Below, in pieces: positions 42,583 through 51,291 of a DNA stretch of 64,000 nt. Location: the NCBI GenBank assembly GCA_963743255.1, contig CAVUPD010000009.1, positions 310,862 to 374,861 of the forward strand. Direction: 5' to 3'. The notes below the pieces were generated by a model. That model had not been told where the DNA came from and searched no databases. It was given only the letters and a program-made list of their open reading frames with translations. This DNA comes from an uncultured Chloroflexia bacterium. Its GTDB lineage: Bacteria; Chloroflexota; Anaerolineae; Anaerolineales; E44-bin32. The position numbers and the translations under genes were made by a program. Each line of letters starts with the position of its first letter. Position 1 is the stretch's first letter.

Positions 42583-43244
42583 CTAGCTTTGCTTGCCAGG
42601 TAGCATCTCTCTGAGGAAGCTGAGCGTGCGTTCCCACGCCAGAGTCGCCGCTTCCTGGTTGAATGCGTCCTACTCGGTCACGCTCGAAAAACCAGTGTCC
42701 TGTCCCTTTGTAGCGATAGAACGTGACCGGTCGGCCGGCTGCTCGCAAGGCGTCTTCCAGCGATTTCACGTCAGCTTCGCGACTCGAATTCGTCTGCCTC
42801 AGCAAAGTGGCCAAGGTATTCAGCCTTCGAAGGTCCATAGTCCTCGGGGTTGGTGCCATAGAAGACTACGACCGCGCGAATCCGATCCGGATCGGCCACC
42901 GAGAGATCAACCGCGTAGGAGGCTCCAAGGGAAAACCCAATGACTGCGAGCCCTTGGCCGCTCACGGAGACACTGTCCGTCAAGAAGCCGACTGCGTCAC
43001 CGATATCAGCCTTGGCTTGCTTACTGTCAAGTGTCTTGACCAGCCTCTTGGCATCCTCGATGGTGACAGCAACCTTGCCATGATACAGATCCGGGGCGAA
43101 CGCGACAAAACCATTCTTGGCCAGCTGAGCGCTGAAGGCCTTGATGGTTTCGTTGAGCCCCCACCAGGGGTGCAAGACGAGCACGCCAGGCCCAGTGCCA
43201 GAAGGCGGAACTGCGAGAAAGCCCTGCGGTTGAGGATGTCTCAT
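42583..43244 (-). CDS. Cassette 8: dienelactone hydrolase family protein; 2 frameshifts
   Basis: GVLVLHPWWGLN, the nucleophile GFSLGA and ..GTGHWFFE.. The tail AFNQEAATLAWERTLSFLREMLPGKQS is in a third frame. Confidence 0.7.
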
Positions 43245-43368
43245 ATGCACTCCTACCTGGGGTGAGTGTAACAGAGCCATCAGGAGACGGCTTTCCCCCG
43301 GTGCGTGACCTCGGAAGGGAGAAGTCTTGAATGTTGTGGTGATCGGGGCGGCGAGAGCACCCCTGGCC

Positions 43369-43670
43369 GCCCAACGGCACTGAGCTATCGAAGACCGTTC
43401 GTCCCGGATGTCTTCACCGGGATCCTGCGCTCGTTGCGGGACCACGTCCCAGGTTCCTTGTGGGAAGCTGTCCGGCGGAGGCGGGCGAGGCTACTTCCGC
43501 TCCAGCCACCGCCGGGGACCAAGGCAAGCCAGCCACCGATTCGGCGGGGTGGCCAAGTCAACTACTTGAAAACTCACCTTGGCGGGCGGCGAGCGACCAC
43601 CTCTCCGCCGCGCTCGCCCAGTCGGCCGGAGGTCCTGGTGATTTCCCAGGGCCTCGGCGAGTTGTTGGGC
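43369..43670 (-). repeat. attC-like site 7 (302 nt)
   Basis: + strand GCCCAACGGCACTGAGCTATCGAAGACCG... ...GGCCTCGGCGAGTTGTTGGGC. Confidence 0.6.
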
Positions 43671-43695
43671 GCCTGGCAAGGCACGTCCGAGACAA

Positions 43696-44250
43696 TCAGT
43701 TGAGCCGAAGGTACGCCTCTCCCCCGAAGAGCGCCTCGTACTTGAGCACGTAGTCGGCGGGCTCGCCCTCGACCTCGAAGATGAGGTATCCCGCCTTGGT
43801 GGCGCCACCGAAGAACTCACTTCCCTCGAACATCCCGGGGACTCCGGCAATCAGGAGGCGGGGATTGTGTGCGATGCCGGATGTGTCCACCAGGGAAAAC
43901 TCAAGCCCGCTGAGACGACAACTTGATTCGGGCGACAGGTTGCAGGAGGCGGCAATGCCAACAAGGATGTAATCCGCGGCGGGCTCGGGTGTGGGATTCC
44001 AGAGGCTACCGTCCCGGACGATGGCATCGGCTGGGAAGACCAGGTCCGTGATCGACAGCGACATGTCGTCGATCTGAACGGTATTGCCGAGCGGCGCGGG
44101 GTTGAACCGAGAAGCGCCGAGCGCGGGCAGAGTGGATTCGGCAGGCACCGCTCCGGCCCCTGAAGGCTGAGCCACGACGACTGGAGCAGTCCGTCCGCAT
44201 GCGAGAACTGATGCTCCGAGAGCGGCAATTGCAGTGGCGACTACCTTCAT
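43696..44250 (-). CDS. Cassette 7: lipoprotein, DUF4352-like (tentative)
   Basis: Intact 184-aa ORF with signal plus lipobox MKVVATAIAALGASVLAC and a beta-rich remainder. Confidence 0.7.
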   Translation of the reverse strand: MKVVATAIAALGASVLACGRTAPVVVAQPSGAGAVPAESTLPALGASRFNPAPLGNTVQIDDMSLSITDLVFPADAIVRDGSLWNPTPEPAADYILVGIAASCNLSPESSCRLSGLEFSLVDTSGIAHNPRLLIAGVPGMFEGSEFFGGATKAGYLIFEVEGEPADYVLKYEALFGGEAYLRLN

Positions 44251-44322
44251 AATGGACTCCTCGGCCGCCCTTCTTGGTGTCCCATCTTGTGGAGGGCGGT
44301 CGCAGTCAGCGACGATCCAGGC

Positions 44323-44422
44323 GCCCGACGGCTTCGAGCTATCGAAGACCGTTCGTCCCGGATGTCTTCACCGGGATCCTGCGCCGGTTGCAGGACATGG
44401 CCCCACATTGTTAGTGTTAGGC
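44323..44422 (-). repeat. attC-like site 6 (short variant made mostly of the inserted module)
   Basis: + strand GCCCGACGGCTTCGAGCTATCGAAGACCGTTCGTCCCGGATGTCTTCACCGGGATCCTGCGCCGGTTGCAGGAC..CACATTGTTAGTGTTAGGC. Confidence 0.5.
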
Positions 44423-44497
44423 CACCGGCCAACAGCACGGCGGCCAGGTGTTACCGTGTCCACACCGCCACAACCGAGACCTGTTGTTGCGTCCCTG

Positions 44498-44941
44498 TTA
44501 CGGATGTCCGAACTCCGGCTTTCGAGGCGCTCGGGGGCCGACGCCGGAGAGGTGCACATCCTGCCACTCCCCACGCGCCTGAAGCACTTCCGCCCGCTCC
44601 TGCGCGTCGTGCAGCTCTTCGATCATCCCGAGGTACTCGCCCGCGTCGGTCCAGATGGGCCGGATATACTCGTACAACATCCTTCCCCGGTAGTTGACCC
44701 AGCCTTCATAGTGGTCCAGGACTCCTGTCCGGATGTCCTCGATCAGCTTCTGCACGGCGGCGTCCGACTCATGCGGGTGGCAGCTGAAGACTGTGGACCC
44801 CAGGCGTTCGGAAGGCTCCACCTGGAGCATGAGTCCGGCGAGCCGATTGAATAAGACAATTCGATTGTCCTCGTCGATGAGGACCAGGCCGATGCACAAT
44901 TGATCGGCGACCGCCCTCAGCACCCCGGATGTTTCGAGCAT
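44498..44941 (-). CDS. Cassette 6: stand-alone PAS-domain protein
   Basis: MLETSGVLRAVADQLCIGLVLIDEDNRIVLFNRLAGLML.. is a typical PAS N-terminal pattern. The 3' end may run into repeat sequence. Confidence 0.6.
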   Translation of the reverse strand: MLETSGVLRAVADQLCIGLVLIDEDNRIVLFNRLAGLMLQVEPSERLGSTVFSCHPHESDAAVQKLIEDIRTGVLDHYEGWVNYRGRMLYEYIRPIWTDAGEYLGMIEELHDAQERAEVLQARGEWQDVHLSGVGPRAPRKPEFGHP

Positions 44942-45068
44942 CAATGGCCTCGCTTTTCACCGCGCCAATAGTCCCTACTGTAGCTCAGCGCCGCGCTTAG
45001 CGCCTCTGCTGCCAGTAGATCAGCCGGCTACGTCGGGCTGTTCTCGGCGAGGCGAGTAGCCCTCGGCG

Positions 45069-45436
45069 GCCCAACGGCCTCAAGCAGTCGAAGACCGTTC
45101 GTCCCGGATGTCTTCACCGGGATCCTGCGCTTGTTGCAGGACAAGGTCCCACGTTGTTAGTGGGAAGCTGCCCGGCGGAAGCGGGCAGGCTCTCTCCAAC
45201 TCTACGCCGGGCCACAAGGCAGAGCAAGCATCCGCTAAGGCCAAGCCCACCGGCCGAAGGTCCCCGGCGTTCTTCCCGGGGGGTCAGTCGAAGATCCTGG
45301 TGACTTTCCAGGGTCGGAGGCCGCCGGAGGTCCCGTTCTTGGCGGGATTCGCCCCGGGAGTCTTTACCGGGATCCTGCTGAAGGCCCCGCGCAGTAGGCG
45401 GGGGTGATCGTCCAGGACTTCAGCGATTCGTCAGGC
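45069..45436 (-). repeat. attC-like site 5 (368 nt, with inserted hairpin modules)
   Basis: + strand GCCCAACGGCCTCAAGCAGTCGAAGACCG... ...GGGGTGATCGTCCAGGACTTCAGCGATTCGTCAGGC. It ends 8 nt from the cassette 5 stop codon. Confidence 0.6.
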
Positions 45437-45443
45437 CGCTGCC

Positions 45444-46080
45444 CTAACCCCGCACGTACCTGAGATGGGTGGCGGCGGGAGTATCGAGAGTGCTGTGGAT
45501 CCGAAAGCCCGGTACAGGTTCGCGAAGGTTTTCGAACAGGCGTCTCCCGCCGGCGAACAGGATCGGCACCAAGGATACCTCAAGCTCGTCGATGACACCG
45601 AGGTTCAGGTATTGCTGGATCACGTCCGCGCCACCCGCAATGCGAATGTCTTTGCCGGCCGCGGATTGCCTGGCCTGAGCGAGCGCTATCTCCGGGCCAC
45701 CGTTGACGAAGTGGAAAGTGGTCCCGCCAGGACGGACCCAGGCTTCACGCCTCTCGTGTGTGAGCACGTATACGGGAGTGTGAAACGGTGCTTCCTCCGG
45801 CCAACCACGCTCGCCACCCTCGAACATGCGCTTGCCCATAATGCTGGCACCGATGCGCTCCGTAGTGCGCCGAAGCATGTCGTTCACCGGGCCGGTCTCT
45901 CCTCCGGGGCCGAGCTTGAGGTTCTTGCGGAAGTATTCCTGGTTGAGATCCAACCCATCAGCGCGCCCCACTTAGCGCCCCAATCTTTGTATTCGGGGCT
46001 ATCCCAATGCTCCAAGGTCATCCCTTCCGGTGCCATGTACCCATCAAGGCTAAGCCGATGTTTACAAAGATCTTGCTCAC
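45444..46080 (-). CDS. Cassette 5: dihydrofolate-reductase-family (RibD C-terminal domain) protein; about 2 frameshifts
   Basis: VSKIFVNIGL / SLDGYMAPEG N-terminus (GTG at 46080 after GGAGAGGAGA). ..DIRIAGGADVIQQYLNLGVIDELEVSLVPILFAGG.. in ORF 45444..45971. Confidence 0.7.
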
Positions 46081-46106
46081 TATTCTTGTCTCCTCTCCTC
46101 ACAGCT

Positions 46107-46284
46107 GCCTAACGGCCTCGAGCAGTCGAAGATCCTGCGCCTGTTGCAGGACGAATTCCCGCCGAAGGATGGCGGGGAGTATCGGGCGGGTGGATACTAC
46201 AAGCAGCTGCACGGAGTCGCCGTGCTGCTGGTCTCGTGTTCAACCTCGGTAACCGACTCTGCACTGTCAACCGCGAGTAACGCC
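46107..46284 (-). repeat. attC-like site 4 (R' arm conserved, R'' arm degenerate)
   Basis: + strand starts GCCTAACGGCCTCGAGCAGTCGAAGATCCTGCGC. The distal end ..CAACCGCGAGTAACGCC only loosely matches ..CAGCGAGTTGTTAGGC. Confidence 0.5.
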
Positions 46285-46298
46285 TGACGCTTATCCCG

Positions 46299-47114
46299 TC
46301 ACCACACGAATGCTACGCCGCGCTTGCCCAGGATGTAGTCGTCAAACACCACCTTGCCGGCTTGTCCGCCATACCGAGACACACGTGCAGCGGCAGCAAG
46401 TGCTCCTCGCGGGGGTGACAGTAGCGTGCGGAGGGCGCCTTCTCCCATTCGATCAGGCGCTGATCCCGTTCGGCCTGGGGCATGGGCCCGACGCAGGTCT
46501 CGATCAGCCAGTCCTGAAAGGCGTCATTGGCCGGATCGGGCACATTGAACCCTTGCCAGGCGAAGGCCCGCAGGTTGTGGAACGAGAACCCGGATCCGAT
46601 CACCAGGATGTTCTCCTGCATCAGCTCACTCAGCGCTTTGCCAAGGGCAAGATGCGCGCCAGGGTCAAGGCCGCGCAACGAGCGAGAGTTGAAGCGAGGG
46701 AATGTCGGCTTCGAGGGTACATCAGCTTCAGCGGGATGAACAGACCATGATCGAATCCGCGCTGAGGATCGATCCGAGCCGAAATGCCGCTCTTGCGCCA
46801 ACAATGCGGCGATTCTGTCTGCAAGCTCGGGGCTGCCGGGCGCCGGGTAGGTAATGTCGTACGCTTCCTCGGGGAAACCGTAGTAGTCATAGAACATCGG
46901 AGGGCTGTATGCACCCAACAGGGTTGCCGCGTCTTTCTTCCCAATGGGCGCTGATGACCAGGATGGCTTCCGGCCTTCTGAGTTGCGATGGAAGCCCCAA
47001 CATGAAGTCGACCATCGCTTGATGGCTTACGTCCCCGAGGATGGGCAAGGGACCGCCGCCATGCGAGAGATAGACGACCTGGGCCCCTTCCTCCGTGCTG
47101 GTTTCTTTCGTCAC
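46299..47114 (-). CDS. Cassette 4: class III extradiol dioxygenase (LigB / 4,5-DOPA-dioxygenase-like); about 3 frameshifts
   Basis: VVYLSHGGGPLPILGD, ILVISAHWE, YDYYGFP, ILVIGSGFSFHN, CHPREEHLLPLHV over ORFs 46887..47114, 46630..46944 and 46313..46918. Tail ..GKVVFDDYILGKRGVAFVW is in another frame. Confidence 0.7.
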
Positions 47115-47176
47115 TGACCCAACCTCCGTTAAGTCTCTCCCCCCGCCCTGGCGTGTGGTGACACGCCGGTGCTCCC

Positions 47177-47261
47177 GCCGAAGAGCCTCGAGATTGGCAG
47201 TCCCGCTTTAGCTCCGCCGAAGACCGTCGTATCTGTCCAGCGCTTCAGTTAGTAGTTCGGC
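47177..47261 (-). repeat. Degenerate attC-like site 3
   Basis: + strand GCCGAAGAGCCTCGAGA ... GCGCTTCAGTTAGTAGTTCGGC aligns with the conserved arms, but the core 7-mers are mutated. Confidence 0.4.
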
Positions 47262-47345
47262 CGTTCTCGTTCTGCGCGATTGCCGCGGGGCCGTAAAGGA
47301 CCAGCATTCGGCCTGGAAGGGCAACCACCGTGGATTGCAGCTGGG

Positions 47346-48517
47346 TTATCTGTAATAAACCGCAGAGAAGCAGCCGAAATTCGGCGGGATGTTGGACACG
47401 CATTGGTCGGACACGGCGAGGAGCACCCGTGCGTTTCCCCTCCCTAGAATCACACACTCCAGGTCCTGGCAGACATCATACGAAGTCTCCCCGCCCACCT
47501 GCAAGACCGTCCAGTCGTTCGTCGGTCCCGGCTTCCGATAGAACTCCAAGAATCCATCCTTGCTCACGCTGGAGGGCATGAAGTAGTCATAGAAGTCGTA
47601 GTCTGTCCCGACATTGGCGTGGTAGATCGCGTGCAGCCGGGAACCCGCGGGAAGGGGCAAGCCGAGATCCAGCTCCACGTGGAGCGCCAGATAATCGGCG
47701 GGCAGCTTGATTTCCTTCAACTGGTTGATCGAGGACAACTCCTCATTGATCTCCTGCACTCCGGAGATGTAGGTCCCGCCGCCGCCAGGAGAATAGACAT
47801 TCCCGGTCAGCCGGATGTGGAAACGAAGCAGATAGTTGCCGTCTTGCGCCAGGATGATATCGCCCTGCGCCTGGTCGATTTTGAAGGTGCCCGATGGATC
47901 GGATTGCTCGTCGAGATCCGTTTCGTCGAACGTAAAGTGATTGGCCGGAATGCCCTCGAAATCCACCTGATCGATGAATTGGGCGCCCAAGACGGAATAC
48001 TTCGGATAGCCCTCCCGCATATCCGCCGCACGCAGAAAGTAAGAGTTCTAAATTGCTGGGATCAGGTTCGAGCGAGACGAGCCAGAAGTCCTGATTGTAG
48101 TTTTTCTCGTAGAGCACGCCGTCGATCAAGTACTCGTCGGGCCGATGTCCATACTGAGATTTTTACCAGGTGATATGCACCCAAGGGGTCCTTGATGAAA
48201 CCAATGCTGTCACCGGTCTCGATGACTTCCCCGCCGCCGGTGGTCCTATTTACCCTGGTCAGAATGAAGCTGTCCAGCTGGCGGTTGTCTCCGAGCGCGG
48301 CAGCGTCGAAGACGGGTTGCCCAGGCGTCGACGTCGGCGTAGCGGTTGCGGATGGTGCCGGAAGGGGCGTGCCTGATGGCGCCGCCGTCCGTGTAGCCGT
48401 TGCAGCCGGGGGCGAAAGAAGGGCTTCCGTCGGCGTGGCTGCGACTGTGCCCGAACTACTGCACCCTGCCAATAGCATGCTGGCCGAGAGAGACAGGCCG
48501 ACCAGGGTCTTGATCAT
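47346..48517 (-). CDS. Cassette 3: hypothetical lipoprotein; about 2 frameshifts
   Basis: MIKTLVGLSLSASMLLAGCSSS lipobox (ORF 48062..48517), continuing through ORFs 47743..48129 and 47346..48020. No family recognised. Confidence 0.6.
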
Positions 48518-48586
48518 CTCATGCCCTCCATAAGTACTCTAGGTTTGCCGGTCGAGACGGCTTCCACCCTCGCCGGCGGAGGCGTG

Positions 48587-48743
48587 GCCCAACGGCCTCG
48601 AGCTATCGAAGATCCCGCGGTTGTGGCGGGAAGCTGCCCGGCGGAAGCGGGCAGATTTACCAGGATTGTGCGCCCTGCAGGCGGGCCGAGCAAGCTGCAA
48701 TCAAGGCCCAGCCCGACGGGTCAGCTTCAGCGAGTTGTTAGGC
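48587..48743 (-). repeat. attC-like site 2 (157 nt)
   Basis: + strand GCCCAACGGCCTCGAGCT ... GGGTCAGCTTCAGCGAGTTGTTAGGC. Same core as site 1, plus a 26-nt hairpin inserted in the R' arm. Confidence 0.7.
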
Positions 48744-48760
48744 CGCCCACCAGTCACGAC

Positions 48761-50418
48761 TTACTCGGCGTGGAAACGACAATGCGTCGCGTGTTCTGTT
48801 GTGGCGATCCATATGTCTTCTGGTGAGGCGATCGCGACTGCTTCCACGGGATCGCTGTTGGTGACTGCAGGAGGCAACAACGGCAAGCCGTCGCGGCTGT
48901 CGTAGATCCTCCAAGTCGAAGGTTGATCCGCAGGCAGCCATGGCAAGAAGTGATACAGAACAGGGACATAGGCTTCGGCCGCTACCCAAACGGACCCATC
49001 GGCCGCAAGGGCAAGTCCTCTGGCGCCGTCGGTGAACGCGCCGGCTGTGGACTCCAGATCGTAGATGGTCAAGTCTCCGGAAGAAGGTTGATAGCGGGCG
49101 AGGCCGTCGTATCCGGCCATCCAAAGCGTTCCGTCAGGTGCGAAGACCAATTGATCAGCGGATTCGAACGGGGGGCCGCCCGCGAAGCGAAGGGACTCTG
49201 GAGATGACTGGTCAATGCGGACTACATTGCCGAGGAAGGGAGCCACCCATGGAGTGCCGTCAGGGGAGACGGCCACCGCGCTGATGATGTCGGAGGATGG
49301 GAGTGATGCCCAGGATCGGGTTCGGGGATTGAAACGTGACACGCCTCCGTACGTGGCAAACCACACCTCACCGCTTGGGGCGACGGCGATGTCGTACACG
49401 CTATCATTGACCAATCCGCCGGCGGAGGATACGGAAAACCATGTCTCGCCGTCAAACTTCGAGGCTCCGCCTTCAGTGGCGAACCAGACTTCGCCAGAGG
49501 GCAAGGGTACAATTCGGCGGACTTGGTCGTTGATGAGGCCGTTCGAGGTCCGAATGGGTAGCCATTCCGTTTGGCCGGGCCGGAGCAAGCGGAGCCCATC
49601 ATTGAAGGTCGATACCCAGACTGAGCCGTCCGATGCGACTGCGATATCCGTGATGTCGTAGCGGTTGGCGCTCCCTAGCCGGCAAGGATTCGCATACCGG
49701 GGAAGGAGGACGCGGTGTGATGGTAGGGATGGTGGGTAGTTGTTGGAATCCGAAGGCGAAGGTGTTGCCGGAGGAGCGGACGCCCACCGTCGGCAGCGAC
49801 GGGAAAGTAGCCTGGTAGCCTGCAGGCGTGTCAGGACGGATCTCGAATACCTCGTCCGGGCAGCCCGGCAGCCAGACGTGGAGAGAGGATTCGCCTCTCC
49901 AGTCCGAAGGGTAGCCATTGCCTCCCCCGTTCACGCGGAACGCGTGATCTCCAGGGAGAGGTGGCTCCCCGTCGTCCCGGGTGCCGTTGGCGTTCTGGTC
50001 GACCCAAGCTACTCCTGTGGCGCTCCAGACGCAATCGGGCGGGAACCCCCCGGTGATCGCCGCGATTGGCATCCCGCCATAGCGGATCTGGAACACGAGG
50101 ATCCGGACAAGCCAGGCAGCCAGACAGAGCAGAGGAACCGCAAGGGGCAAGAACCACCAGCGAAAGCGGTGGCGAGGTCCTGGAACAGCCTGTCCGGTGC
50201 ATGCCTGTGTGGTCGGAGGCTGAGAGACATATGCATTGCCAAGGCTCGCCTGGCCGCGTCCGCGACAAGGGGGTCTTCGTCGCGTAGTGCAGGCCTCCAG
50301 GGCTACCTTTGCCTCGGCAGAGATGCGAGGTGCAACGACGCAGCTCCTCACACGCGTCATAGCGAGCCGCCTGACGACCGCTCCTTATCTTCTTGAGCAA
50401 CTTACTCTCGTCGGGCAC
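48761..50418 (-). CDS. Cassette 2: TM-anchored beta-propeller repeat protein (two-component-regulator-propeller-like); about 2-3 frameshifts; start uncertain
   Basis: Repeats ..DIAVASDGSVWVST.., ..SGEVWFATEGG.., ..SGEVWFATYGG.., ..DGTLWMAGYDG.. in ORF 48761..49918. N-terminal helical and TM parts are in ORFs 49599..50360 and 49831..50496. Confidence 0.65.
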
Positions 50419-50453
50419 GGCAATTCCTACTTGCGGGTATCCTGGCCAGGGCG

Positions 50454-50584
50454 GCCTAACGGGCCTCGAGCTAAGCTGCCCGGCGGAAGCGGGCAACTCT
50501 CCCCCACTCTACGCCCGGCCGGCAGGCGCTTCAAGCATCCCTGAATGCCCTGCCCGCCGGGTCAGCTTCAGCGAGTTGTTAGGC
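50454..50584 (-). repeat. attC-like site 1 (131 nt, best-preserved copy)
   Basis: Minus strand GCCTAAC-AACTC-GCTGAAGCTGACCCGGCGG ... CCGCCGGGCAGCTTAGC-TCGAGGCCC-GTTAGGC. Pairing is 7-bp R box, asymmetric spacer, then 3+6+8 bp stems interrupted by two single-base bulges on one arm. Confidence 0.75.
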
Positions 50585-51148
50585 ATCGGCCTTAACGAGC
50601 GCACGCTGCCGCGGATAATGAGCGGATAGACAACTGACCATACGAGCGAGAATATGATGGCTGCGAAGGTGGCCTTCTCCGCCGCGTCCGCCCAGGGGGA
50701 GACTTGCTCCACGGCCTTCTTCCTAGAGGCGACCTCCTTGTCAGTGTCGTCCACGTCAAGTATGGAAAGCGTCTCGGCAATTGTTGGGTGGGATGAAGCC
50801 GTTGCGAGGAAGGCTCTGATGGCATGCTGCTTCATGATGTAGTAGACGGTGTCTTTGGCAGTGACGTCTCCCAGGAGCCAGTGAGCCACCAGGCCGAGGA
50901 CGGCCGCGATGACCCCATGGAAGGACAAGGAGGAAGAGAAAGATCCCGTCGAATCTGCGTCTGGCGACGGCCTCAGCCAGATCCCGGATATTGAGAAGAG
51001 CGAAACCGGAGATTGCTACAAACCAGACCAGTCGTGTAGCTGTTCCCTTGTTGATCTCGGCAAATACACCGAAATCGCGGGAGAGTCCGTCGGCGAACTC
51101 CCTGATCGTTGCGTGTGCGTAGTCGGTCGTGTTGCGCGGCTGAGCCAT
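50509..51148 (-). CDS. Cassette 1: hypothetical membrane protein (about 4 TM); one frameshift near 50930
   Basis: MAQPRNTTDY.. (ORF 50756..51214) joins SFHGVIAAVLGLVAHW.. (ORF 50509..50928). The tail PNNSLKLT.. is a translation of the attC, so the true stop may be earlier. Confidence 0.55.
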
Positions 51149-51291
51149 TGTGACCCTCTTGTGACTGATGGAGCGCAGGAACGCGCGTTGTGAACCCAGG
51201 CCGATGCCTAACATGCAATTCTACATCTCCTCCCCCCAGCTCCCCCGCCGATGCGGTATCATCAACCCAGCCCGCCCCCCCGGAGGACGAT

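Larger units (their letters stand above)
38417..51212 (-). mobile_element. Integron-type gene-cassette array (about 12 cassettes, attC-like sites, no integrase in the window)
   Basis: 12 co-oriented unrelated small genes. Each gap holds an imperfect inverted repeat with RYYYAAC (GCCYAAC) at the ORF-proximal end and GTTRRRY (GTTRGGC) at the distal end on the minus strand. Bulged bases lie on one arm only. Visibly lower GC than the flanks. Confidence 0.75.
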
